From contig CT868662.1 in NCBI GenBank assembly GCA_000165425.1, forward strand, positions 124,001 to 188,000: a DNA stretch of 64,000 nt, written 5' to 3'. Both the position numbers and the translations under genes were made by a program. Shown here piece after piece: positions 13,157 to 25,652 of the stretch (within the stretch, counting starts at the first letter, position 1; the number at the start of each line of letters is the position of its first letter). The notes under the pieces are model-generated. The model was given only the letters and a program-made list of their open reading frames with translations, ran no database searches and was not told the DNA's origin. This DNA comes from Paramecium tetraurelia (taxonomy: Eukaryota).

Positions 13157-14857
13157 TCATATTATTTTCTATAGTTTTGCATTTGCCTTTTGTAATAAGA
13201 ATACAAACTGTTGATAGAAGTTGCATTGCTATTGATCCAAAACTTAATAAATGCTGATTAAATCCAAAACTTATTAATTAAATGATAAATTCTGTGGATT
13301 CTCTATTATTAAATTTAAGATTTCCAAAGCAAACCAACAATACTCTTACTACTTTTACTGAATCTCAGTTAGGGGTTCATTGATTTTCAATTCTATTTCC
13401 ATTAAATACCTTATCTTGGCCAAGTCATTTACAATTCTTTTAAACTTCTGTTCTTCTGTTTCATTCTTATTATTTAAAGATCCATTACAGCAAATGAAAT
13501 AATCCAAATACTTCCTCTACTGATTTTGCAAATGAGATTTGTTGCTCATGCAAAAATTGGTGTGATTATTGGCTTAATTAATTGAAATAAATTGATCGCA
13601 TTGTGTACAATATATGTATGACATGAAATCTAAAGCTTAATTTTACTATTTCAAACCTGCTTAATTCTGTTTACTCTAATAGAACTTTTATATGATTCTT
13701 TATACAGGATACCTTTAACAAAGATATTAATAGAATTGATCATACCCCAAATTGCCGAGTAAATCATTAATATAATTTTACTATGAGTCTAATCTATTCC
13801 CCTTTGTATTAGACTTAGTGGGTATGATACTATTGTTAATTGGTACCACATTTGAATTGAAAGTGACATTCTATTTAAGGCGGTTTTATTAATTCAATGT
13901 AATGTTTGATTAATGAGGTTAATTTTTTTTGAAACTCTCACTTTGATCATCATCAAATATCTTCTTTTTTTGATACTTTTTATTTTGGGATTAAGATAAA
14001 TCTGAGGAAATGAATTGCTCGTAGTCATCATACAAGGAGGACTAATCTGGAGAAGTAAAATGATTATAGTTTAATGGCTGATGTTAATCAAAAAGAGGCA
14101 CCGATGGTTGAGTTAACTACAAATCCAAGGATTGCAATGTTCCTTATTATTAGTGATGTACATAAGGGGGTGGTTCAATATCATTAACTTCTTTTCTTTT
14201 TAAGATTTGATGAGGAAAGTGTTGTTTTGGAGGAGATGTCTTGAATCTAAAATTAGATGGTTGTAATTATTAGTATTATGGTTAGATTTGTTTAAAGGCT
14301 GAATTTTGATCTTAATTATTCTATAACTATTTATGACAACTATAATACTAGATGTCTTTTGTTTTTTGAACAGGCAATGACGATGATTGGTAGTATGTAG
14401 ATGGCAAAGAGTTGGAATTGCTGTTCATTGTTGAAGTTATAGGTATTAATTAAGGAGTGTCATTAATTTTAAATGAAGACTAATACATACTTTGTCTTTG
14501 TTATTCTTTTTTTTCGATTTCGTCGAAATAATTGATTTATTACTTTTTGATATCATTCTCCATCTTTTATCCGTAATTTTCTCTTTGGGTTCTTAGTTCT
14601 AGCAGGAATGAAGAGTAATCTTTCAAAGTCGATTTTTGAAGTTCAGCAATATTATTTATAATGTCATTTAGAACCTTGTCTATTTTGGATATAATTTGTT
14701 GATATCTTAATTAATCATCTGGACTTTGATTATTAATCTAGGATTAGGATTCTAATTCTTGGTAGTGATTCATCAGCAGATTATAATTACAAATGAGTTC
14801 CTATTTGGGAGTGAGTACGATATGTTTGACAGGAGTCGAATAGTTAGAATTTAACAT
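13157..14857 (-). CDS. Hypothetical protein: N-terminal coiled coil, Q/S/P-rich middle, C-terminal C2HC-type zinc-finger-like motif
   Basis: Long table-6 frame starting MLNSNYSTPVKH. YCTQCDQFISINQANNHTNFC follows a 28-nt intron. Confidence 0.6.
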
Positions 14858-14943
14858 GGGAAATATGCTTTATCTAGGAAGCAAGTAATAATTTTATTTA
14901 ATCTAAAATCAGCATTGTAAAATAAATTGATTAAATGATAAAC

Positions 14944-16209
14944 TCAGTTTTATTCATTCTCAATTAGAGCTGCTGCACCCATACCTGTAGCAATACACAT
15001 AGAAATGACACCATACTTAGCCTTCTTTCTCTTCATTTCTGGTAATAAAGTGGCGACTTGTCTGGCTCCAGTGCATCCTATGAATATTATAAATAAAGAT
15101 ATACCTAAGGGATGTCCTAATGCTATGGCACCACCTTTTGGATTGACTCGAGTTGGGTCAATGCCAATCTTTTCTACACAGTATACAGATTGACTTGCAA
15201 AGGCCTCATTAATTTCATAGATGCAGATATCATTAGGCTTCAAGGAGTTTCTTTGTAATAATTAAGGAATAGCTGCAGCTGGACCAATACCCATAATGCC
15301 TGGTGGTACTCCAGCAACGGTGTAATCAAGGAATCTTCCAAGGATTGGTAATCCTAATTTTTTGGCTACAGATCTTCTTGCTAATAGGACTGCAGCTGCA
15401 CCATCAGTAACTTATGAGGAATTACCAGCAGTTGTGGATCCATCCTTACCAAAGGCAGGTTTCAATTTGCCTAAACCTTCAAGAGTAGTCTCCTTTCTAA
15501 TACCATCATCTTCTGTCACAGTAACTTCCTTTGTCTTTTCACCATCCTTAATTGTTGTTTTGACAGGGATAATCTCATCCTTATACAATCCTTCAGATTG
15601 AGCCTTGTAAGCCTTTTATTAAGATTCATAAGCAAATTTGTCTTATTATAATCTGGTGATTCCAAATTGTGCAGCTACATTTTCTGATGTCTATCCCATT
15701 CCCAAGAGACAATCTCTCGCACATGGATGATCAAAAATAGCATCACTTAATAACTCAGCATTCATTTGACTTTACATATCATACATAGACATCTGTTCAA
15801 CTCCAGCACCAATTCCAATATCCAACATACCAGTTCTAATTTTAGCAGCAATCACAGCACAGGCTTCTATTCCAGAAGAACAGAATCTATTTATGGCTGT
15901 CAAACAAGTGGTGTCTGGAAACCCTGCTAAGAAGGCAGCCATCTTAGATGTTATAGCACCACTGCCAGGTTGATTCACATTACCAACCACAATGTCTTGG
16001 ATCAACTTTGGATCAACCTTTGTTCTCTACAACAATCCTGCGAATGCAGTGCTCAGCAATACTTCTGGAGGAGTGTCCCTTAATAAGCCCTTTTTGGCTT
16101 TAGTCAAAGGAGTTCTCACAGCCCCACAGATGACTACATCGTTGTCACTTTTGGCTGGCACAGGAGTACAATTGTTTACTTAAGTACTAAGATGTTGGAT
16201 TCTATTCAT
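14944..16209 (-). CDS. ACAA1: 3-ketoacyl-CoA thiolase, probably peroxisomal
   Basis: Motifs INRFCSSG (catalytic Cys), TTAGNSSQVTDGAAAV, EINEAFA, GGAIALGHPLG and SMCIATG. The N-terminus carries a PTS2-like RIQHLSTQV. Confidence 0.95.
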
Positions 16210-16522
16210 CAATAAGATATTTTATTTTATGCAAATACACCATATTACGTTTAGATAAATATATGTTCCTAAATTTTAAATATAATATTATTTATTAGTA
16301 TCATAATATTTAAAGAAAACCTTAATATAATTATTTTCTTTAAAAAAAGTAATAAACTAATTATTACTTGATTTATTACAAAGCTGAGGGAATTATGAAA
16401 TGCAAAACTAGTTTCTTAAGCTTTTGATTTACTTGTCTAAGATCATTATCATTTCTAATTATTTTCTTTAATTATATAATTTTCACTTAATAATATAAAT
16501 ACTTAATTTGACAACACTCTTA

Positions 16523-18448
16523 ATGGCAGATATCCCAGCACATGTTCTTGCAATTCAATCTTAAAAAAACGATCCTCCTCTTTAGCAAATTGAAAAAACA
16601 CCAAAATTACCAATTTAAGAAATGAAACTTATAGATGTTGAAGAATTAATGGAAAATAAAAATATGAATAATTAATACATAGTTGTCTAAGTATATTAGA
16701 TAGACTGGAAAAATAGCACTCAATATTTAATTGTTAGAGATTTTAATGAAATATGGCTCAATTTAACCATTCTGCAATAAAATAGATTATGCAATTACTA
16801 AATCAATGATTGGCTAATTGTTAAAAATCCAAAGCTGATTGAATTCGGAATATTTATCCAAGATTCACAAGATGTTGTTGCCATCAATCAATTTACGTAT
16901 CAAGCTCTGATGAACTCAGAAATTGACTAAACAGATCCAGCCTAACTAAAAGAAACAGGAAATCAATATTTTAAATTACAATAGTATCGATTGGCCTACG
17001 AAGCCTATTCCATGGTTATCAAATATGAGCATGCCAATAAAACGAACCTAATACAAGAATAATGTTACAATAATAGAGCCCAATGTTTATTCCAACTTGG
17101 TTATATCTAAGAAGCTGTAAATGACCTTAATCAAGTATTACAACTGAACCCTCAAAATGAGAAAGCCATTCAAAGGTAAGCATTATGTTACCTTAAATTG
17201 CAGAACCCTAATGATGCCAAGAAATTGCTTGAGTCACTTCCAAATCATAAAACTGATAAAGATATAGTATTCAAATTAGTCGAATGTGAACTCATGATAA
17301 AACATCTATCTGGCAATTTCGATCTAATTTCCCTACTAAACCAATATGTGAATCAAGATGAATTCTCCTTTGAAAAATTTAATAACTTTAAACACAAAAG
17401 TATCGAAAGAAAAAAAAGTAACTTAGGTGGATTGGGCTTATTCGTAAATCAACCTATTCCTAAAGGAACACTCTTAGTCGTTGAACATCCAATGCATAAA
17501 ATCAAGTAAAATTAAACACTTGGCATGCATTAAAGGGATGATGTTTATGAAGAGATTAGACAATAGGCATTTAACAATAAATAGTTTGCTGAATAACTAT
17601 TTAATTTGTATGATGGAACCAATAATTACTCTCTCAAACACGTAAAATAGGATTTCGAATACTAACTATAAAATTATGTAGTTGATCTCCTTCGAATTGA
17701 AAGTATCTTTAGGTACAATGCACATGCATTTTAATTACTCAAAGTGTTCACAAAGAATAAGCAAATTAAATATCTAGATTAGAGCGAAGGGTTGTGGTTC
17801 ACTTTATCACAAGTTAATCATAGTTTAACTCCAAATATATTTTATTACTTCTTGGGAGAGTTGTTAATTGTTGTGAGTGCTAAGAATATAGAAAAGGATG
17901 AAGAAATACTAGTGCAATATCATCCACCTTTAAATCAAAAGGAGTATTAAAATAATTTGAAATCCCACAACATTCCTCTTGATTAAAAATTAGTCTAATA
18001 GAACTAACTGTGGAAAATGGATGAGTAATTTAATGAAATTAAAACTATCATTAAGACTGTGAAGACCTCAAAAAGTCTAAACGATCTTACAACTTATACC
18101 TTATCCAACCCAAATGTTATACAATAGATAAAAGAAAAATATCCAATCAAATATTTAAAAATCATTTAATAAGTATCTTTCGATCTGTTTTAAGTTAAAA
18201 AAATTAAAGAATACTTAGACTTAAAATTTTAAGGATTGGTATTTCAATTCGATCAATATCCTTAATGTTCCACTATATAAGATTTCTTTATGTTTCTCAC
18301 TGTTGTATCATAAGGTTCAGATATAGAAAAGGAAATGGTTAATTTTATATTTAGAGTTGGAATTTTAATGTTTGGAGAAGCATTTTTGAAAAATCAAAAT
18401 TCTGAAGACTTGCTCTTTTAGTTAGGTTTTAAACAAATTAAAAAATGA
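16523..18448 (+). CDS. TPR + SET-domain protein (SMYD-like lysine methyltransferase)
   Basis: TPR: LKETGNQYFKLQQY..CYNNRAQCLFQLG..LNPQNEKA. SET: GGLGLFVNQPIPKGTLLVVE..GLW..SQVNHSLTPN..AKNIEKDEEILVQY. Confidence 0.85.
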
Positions 18449-18935
18449 TCATCAATACAATAATCGTTAAGTAATAATAAAATCATTTTTATTTTTTCAT
18501 TTTTGCCATTTAAATACATATTAATATTTTTATTTAATACTGACAAATTATTTAGTGCACTCAGTTTTCTTTTGATAAATCTTAGAATAATCAATTAAAA
18601 CATTCTATTAGAAATATTCAACATTATATATATATTTTGTTATAATTCATTAATCTATTTGATTTTACAAACATTATCAAGAAAGGATTTTGTATTATAT
18701 AATGAATCACTATATTTCAGAGTCACCAGCCTTGATTGCATTGATAAATTCTAATACAGATTAAGTAATTTTTAATAATTCAGTTTATATAATTATCATA
18801 TAAAATAATTATAGAATTCTAATATTACAGAAATTTATCCTATATTATAGTTTATAGGTTCCAATACCAAACTAATTATTGTTTTGTTATTTATAGGGAA
18901 ACACTCGATGAACATAAATAATATTATATCTTTAA

Positions 18936-19703
18936 TCATTGTAGGATAGCATTTGGCAGGCATTACAAGTAATATTAAGGTTGGGCAAACTAAAAATAAG
19001 GATAGCATATTGAAAATTGTGGATAGCAATACATTGAGTTAACTGAGGGTATACCTGCTATATTAACTGGTATTAGATATTGTTAGGTTGAACTTATGTT
19101 TATTGATGGTGATTATTCTTACGACTGTACTGAAACAATTGAATTGAGCTTCTGTTCAGTTTTTATTAAATTCATTTATTCTTTTTTTGGAACAATATAA
19201 TATGGATTCTTGATCTTGAGGTATTTATTTCGAAGGTATGAATAGAACCTGTTTTTAATACTGTTTTCTGATCTACCTTGAAGCTCTTTTTAAACAATGC
19301 TCCACTTTCCTCCGACATTTTTATAGATTTTAATAATTTTTTCATCTTCTTCTTAACTCCAGGGTTCATTATTCAATTGAGGATGCAATTAGTTAAGATA
19401 GTGTTCTCGTATTTATTTTCCAGAGCGATTAGGTAATAATTTACTTATTTTGCTCCACTGATATCCATATTCTTTAACCAAATTCCTGAGTTTGTCGTCC
19501 TCCTCTTCGGTCCATTGTCTCCTCAACTTGAATCCCTTGATTCTCTTCCATCTCTAAGCACATTAAGATGGGTTTCTTCCGCCTATTCTCCGTGCCACTT
19601 CAATCCAATCAAGACATTACTTTTGCCTTAAGTCTTGAAGCATTTGATCTTCCAGCATGCTCCAAGCTTTTCTTTTAGGCTGTATCTGCTCAGAATTTGA
19701 CAT
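18936..19703 (-). CDS. Three-repeat Myb DNA-binding protein
   Basis: Three repeats: AWSMLED..RNPSQCAQRW, QWTEEEDDKL..RSGKQIREHY and PWSQEEDEKI..GRSENSIKNRFY. Confidence 0.9.
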
Positions 19704-20348
19704 TCTTCTTATAAATTTAATTTTGATTTACTTAATCACAGAGATGATTCTCTATAAACATAAAGAATTCAGTTATTTCAATACTTTTATTTTAATACTT
19801 CATATAAACTGCCCTCTTTACCGATATTTTAGCATTGAATCTTTATAAACCAATATAATTTCGTTAGTTTCCGATAATGAACTTATCATATTTTGAATTA
19901 CGTCATTTATTATGCTGAATTTTTCATAAATTTCAGAATTTAGATGAAAGAATAAATTAATTGAAAAATTCCGCATCAGTTTCCAGTGCCAATGTATTTT
20001 TCAATACTCAAGATAGTTCCCCCTCTAATTTAGCTTAAAGTTAAAAATTTCAATTTGTAATAAATAATAGAAATTACAAATTTTCATCATGTTCATTTAA
20101 AAACTCAAATTTTTCTTTTAAAATACGACACTATAAATAATAAAATATATTATAGAATAGAAAAGTAAAGATTTGGTGTTTGATTTTCATAGAATTTATG
20201 AATTGAATTGATTTCTGAAGTAAATTTAATTTGTTAACATAAATAATTATTTTTGAATAATAGAATGTCGAATTTAAATTTCTTTTTTTAAAATTTATCT
20301 TCTAAAACTCAGTTACTTTATAATAATAAAAATAATTAATTATTCTTA

Positions 20349-21506
20349 ATGTCCAATCAATATGTTATCGTGCCTTAAAATTATCGAAGTGACAGTATGG
20401 TAAGCATATCACCTGCTGACAAACGATATTTTGAACAGGCTCAGGCCAAGTAAAAATCGCCTCCTCAACAAATGATGTTCGGAGGGTACTCGCCATCACC
20501 TAGTCTTCAAAAAAGTTTAAGCACTCAATTATCAGAACAAAGCATTGATGATGTATAAATATTGTTCAAAATTTATCAGTTTAGTAGGATGTAAAAAGAT
20601 TCAGATACTGAGTTAGTTGTGCAATATATACTTTAATTGAGAGACGCAGATAAAAGAGAATAAGCATTATCAGAGTTGTCCAAAAAAAGAGAAAGCTTTC
20701 CTCATTTAGCACCTCTCTTATGGCATTCTGTTGGTACCATAGCTATATTGTAAGTCATTTAAATATTTTAGTCTATAAGAAATTGCAGTTGTATATCAGC
20801 ATTTACAACCAGCCTAGCTTACACAGGCTTAATCTTCTAGAATCTGCAGTGTTTTGGGATTGCTACAATGTCTTGCTCTACATGTGTAAACAAGATCTTG
20901 CTTCTTAAGAGGTAATATTAAATTTAAATATAGCTCATATTCCATTATTTCTATATCCATTTCTAAACACTAGTAACAAGAGCAAAGCGTTCGAAAACCT
21001 AAGAGTCACAAGTTTGGGTGTAATAGGTGCTTTGGTGAAGGTATTAACATTTTTAAATTTTTAAAGGGAGATGATCCAGAGGCGATTAATTTTTTAATGC
21101 AGACTGAAATCATTCCACTTTGTTTGAGAATCATGAAAAAAGGACAAGAACTCTCCAGAACAGTTGCTACATTTATAGTCTAGAAGATCCTTCTCGATGA
21201 CAATGGTCTCAATTATATCTGTTAGACTCCTGAAAGATTCTTTGCAGTCAGCTAAGTCTTACAAACCATGATTGATGATTTACATCAATCCTAAAAAGAT
21301 GACTAAAGATTATTGAGACACATAATTAGATGTTATTTGAGATTATCTGAAAACCAGAAGTAACCTTGTGATTTAAATTTAGAGCTGGGGAGGTCCTTAA
21401 AAAATATTTGCCACAAGTATTAAAAGACCCAACTCAATCTTTTATTAAAGATGAAGTGGTAAAAAAGTGGCATAATAATTTGCTTCAAAATCTTTCGATC
21501 AAATGA
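20349..21506 (+). CDS. CNOT9: CCR4-NOT subunit Rcd1/Caf40
   Basis: Motifs [53 protein letters not shown] and [26 protein letters not shown], with 4-5 tiny introns. Confidence 0.96.
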
Positions 21507-21622
21507 TATAATAAATATGTATCTAAAAAATAGAAATCTTTGCTTATTGACAAATTGCTTCTTCCCTTTTTTAAGTATAAATATACTATAATTCTATTAA
21601 AATAATCATTCCTATTATACGA

Positions 21623-23734
21623 TCAATTTGTGAATTTCTCAACCAAATATGAAGTCCATTCAAACTGTTACTCTCCAAAGTCCTTTTTCTCATTCTTACA
21701 TTTCAACATCTGCAATGCCTCCAACTATGCTTCAATTATTCTTTATTGTTCAATATGATAAATTAAGGCAAAATAATCATGATAATTCAACTTTGAATCT
21801 CTAAGCTTCTCTGATTATGATTTCAAAGTGTCCTTAAAGTGCTCATCATGATAAGCCTTAATTAAATTGTAAGCCTAATCAATTATGGCTGTATCATAAA
21901 TGTCATCAAATAAATATGATATTCCTTAATCATATTACCAGTTTAGAATTTTGAAATACATCAATAGATCATCATTGATCCTTGTATATCTAATCTTGAA
22001 CTTCTTATACTTAGACAACTAAAAGTACTAAACATATTAATTATATTTGATTACTGCTGCAATATCACTTGCGAATGGAATGTATTGAATAAATTAAGTT
22101 TTCACTTCCACATAATCGAAAATATTGTACTCTAGAGTGAATCCGTATCGAAGTAACAAAGATCTATTCGATATCTTTCCATAAGAAAAATAGGCTTAAG
22201 CACCTTTTTCGAATTCATCTTTGCTTGAACACTTAATTACAAAATTGTCAAATAAATCTTCCTTCCACTCCTCTTTGGCTTCGAAAGGCTTAATATTTTC
22301 AGGAATAGCGATCTATAACATTTCCTCAACACTTTCAATTGCTGATGGTTATTCTGGAATTTCAAATTGTTTTAGTGAATAATTCTTAGACTTCAATTTT
22401 TCTTGAGCATATTCTTTAACATTTTATAAATAGAGTTCTGATTTCTCTTCAACAGCTTATAGAGCAGATGACACTTAATCATAAGTCAAAACATCTGTTT
22501 CATACAACTTAATTTATTCTTGGATATACTCCAGACTTTTCGAGACAAAAATGATGGTAAAATTGTCTCTTAAATTTAAGTTCTCTTAAAACCATCTTTT
22601 GTACTTCAAAAATTGGATTTATAAATCAATTCTGTTATTGCATTTCTCTTAATAAAGTCTCAACTTTTCGATTGCATCAGGATTTTGGAAGTCCACTTAA
22701 TTTTAATACAATGCTAATTCTTGTTCAATCAGTTTATATGTTGGTGTTTTCTACTTGTAATTTTTGATTTACTCTTAAATTTCAATTGGGTATTAGTAAT
22801 CATCTTACTCGTATGAATCACTATCTCCATCTGAATCATCTGATTCATTAGGATCCAATTATTTGTCTTCTTTGGGTTTATTGACGTTGCTTTCCAAATA
22901 TAAACCTTTGTATCTCACATCAGTATTCTCATGATTAAACATTTCACAAAAAGGCACAAATGCAACCTATTCTAAAGTGGATCCAAAACATCTACTAACC
23001 AAATGTATGAAAATCCACTTGATGTTTTCAAGACTGTATGTTTCCTTCTTAAAATGTTAAGGATATTAATCCAATATGTGTGTCAATGTCTTTTAGATCA
23101 ATAAGAAATCTTGCAGTTCTCTCTTGGCTTTCAATACAAGTTTTTCATCATTCAATAGTTTTAACTCCTCATCAGACCAAAATATTAAGTAATCAATGTC
23201 TCTTGGTAAATTAGCTATTAAGTGATACCATTATGATTGTCTAAATATTTAGATAACAAACTAATACCTTCCTAATTATGATTGATATAATAGATATGTG
23301 AGAAGAATTCTATCTTGCCACCCTCCTGCGCAATGTTGACTAAAGAATTATGGATAAGCGTCAAAGATTTCTTGGATATCTGAAAAATATGCTATTTTTG
23401 TGGTCAACATTAATTCTCTTGGCACTGATACAAGAATTGAATCACTTTCAATCTTTTCGATTGCTAACCATATTGCCTAAAGAAAAGTTACTTTTTAATC
23501 CTAAATAAGGCAAATTGTTTCTTGTTTTGAATTACGCCATTCGTAAATTATTAATTTTCATGCCTCTTTCCAATAAATAATCGACATATTCTTAGAATTC
23601 TTTCTATCCTTCCACATCTTATGCTTATGGATCCTCCTTGTAAATTCCCTTTATCTTTTTTAATATATGTATGTCATTTATACATTATGAAATATAGTAG
23701 CAATCCTTTTACTTATTGATGTTGTTTATTACAT
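21623..23734 (-). CDS. SET-domain non-histone lysine methyltransferase (SETD3/SETD6/Rubisco-LSMT-like) with a long insertion
   Basis: Motifs GLKTIEKI..LVSVPRELML, LVSRCFG, AFVPFCEMFNH and QAYFSYGKISNRSLLLRYGF. Confidence 0.85.
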
Positions 23735-23902
23735 TAAATTAATATTGTGGTTATGATAAATTAATAAATTATGAGAATCAGATATATATAATTCTCTTGA
23801 ATAATTTAAATCATCTCAAATAATTCATGGTCGACCCTTTCGATCTTTAAATAACCTGAGTTTCAGAATTATATATATATTAATAATTAAATATTTGAGC
23901 AG

Positions 23903-24435
23903 ATGTAGAATAATAAGAAAGCCAAAAGAACAAAATTGACAAAAGAACAAATAGATGTTTTGTAATAAGCATTTACATTGTTTGATACAGATAAATCAGG
24001 ATCAATTGATGAGTCAGAATTGAGAAATGCCATGAAAGTAAATCACTAATTTTGATTGTTTAGGCTCTTGGATTCAACGCATCCAAAGAAGAAGTTCAAA
24101 AGATGGTTGAATAAATAGATAGAGATGGATCTGGAACAATTGAATTTCAGGAATTTGTGGAAATGATGAAAAAGAAGATGTTGGAGGATAAGAATGTTGA
24201 AGTCGAAATAGAAAAAGCATTCAACTATTTTGATGATGATAATGAAGTATGCCAGTATTCAAATATTTAGGGTGCTATTGATCTAGAAAAATTAAGAAGA
24301 GTTGCAGCCGATTTAGGAGAAGAATGCGATGAACAAACCCTAAAAGACATGATTTACGCTGCTGATCTTGATCAAGATGGCAAAGTTAGTAAAGATGAAT
24401 TCATGATGGTTATGAGGAAGATGAAATTAATATGA
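23903..24435 (+). CDS. Centrin (four EF-hand protein)
   Basis: [57 protein letters not shown] and [14 protein letters not shown], with two introns. Confidence 0.93.
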
Positions 24436-24453
24436 TATATGCTGTAAATTTCA

Positions 24454-25625
24454 TCAAATATGATCTCCAGCAGCCATTTTCTGAGCAAGAGTTTCCTTAA
24501 GATCTCTCATATTCACATTTAGCAATCCAACCACCTCAGAAACTATATTACGATCCTCCTATCTTGATGTCCTTCTTTATGTATAGTCATAGGCTGCCTA
24601 TTAGCATTCATTTCTCCTATCATCTTTAGTGTATTCCTTTGATTCAAGTCTGATATTCAAATCCTCCATCTTTCTCTGATTTTCTGCCAATCTGTCTTTT
24701 AGAGCTTGAAGTTAAGCCTCTAATTCACCTATTTCCTTATCATAAATCTTGAAATCTGTATTCATAAATTTTTAATATTCTGAATACCATCTCACTCTCT
24801 CCTCCTCTGCTTTCCTCTCCACTTACCAAATTTCGTCTATTTGTCTAATTAAGGATTCACTTAAATCTATAATGTTCCTTAATACTCCGATGTTATTTCC
24901 ATTCTTACTCATCTGAATCATAAAGTCTATTATATTTTAGAAAGGCTTTCCAATTGATTTGAACTTACCAAAACTCACCAATTACTTAGTTACTTCAGCA
25001 AAAACCTCTGGCTAGACTGCTGTTTTATCAGTCTATAATTCCAAAAAGTTTGTTCTTAATTTTGAAGCATATACCAATTTCACTTCTTCTAATGTTTTTA
25101 TTATTTTTCCCACTTCTCCTCTCTTTAATTCATAAACTTTCTCTTGATATTCTCTTATGACATCTACTTCATTCATTCCTTTTCTCAAGTTCTTTCTCAA
25201 AGCATCTTTCTCATTCAAGATCTTTTTCTTTGATCTAATAATATTTTAGTTTAACATACTCTATGCTAGCTTTCAGTTAATCTATAGCTCCTTAAATTTT
25301 CACTTTCAATCTATTTATTGCATCAATCTCAGTGTTCAAATTAGTGAGATCCTCATCACATTTTGATTGAAACTCTCTGTTTTCTAAATCTTCCTCCTTC
25401 TGATCTTTTTAGTATTTATCTTCTAAGTCTTGCAAAGTATCTATTATTCTATAGTAGATAACAAATTTACCTATCCAAAGGAGTATTTGTTTACAATGCC
25501 AACTATGCAGTTGATAGTAGTGTATGACCCAATTGTGTTTATAGTAAACTCTCTATTTTAGAGTTCAAAGTTTTATCACACTAAGCAATTAACAAGCTAA
25601 GGAATAATGTAAAAATAACTTTCAT
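24454..25625 (-). CDS. Trichocyst matrix protein (TMP/GRL-type secretory granule lattice precursor)
   Basis: Signal peptide MKVIFTLFLSLLIA, then LGHTLLSTAQLALQTNTPLDRIIDTLQDLE..FQSKCDEDL, with acidic helical heptads. About 380 aa. Confidence 0.75.
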
Positions 25626-25652
25626 TAATAATAAAAATTATAAAACGACTTT

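Noticed and set aside
15005..16183. Plus-strand ORFs in the supplied track over thiolase (and similar antisense ORFs over NHE and YME1)
   Set aside because: These are antisense shadows of well-supported genes.
18452..18915. Minus-strand frame of about 150 codons with one internal TGA (possible readthrough or selenocysteine)
   Set aside because: Long TGA-free frames arise by chance in table 6, and there is no selenoprotein motif or recognisable domain.
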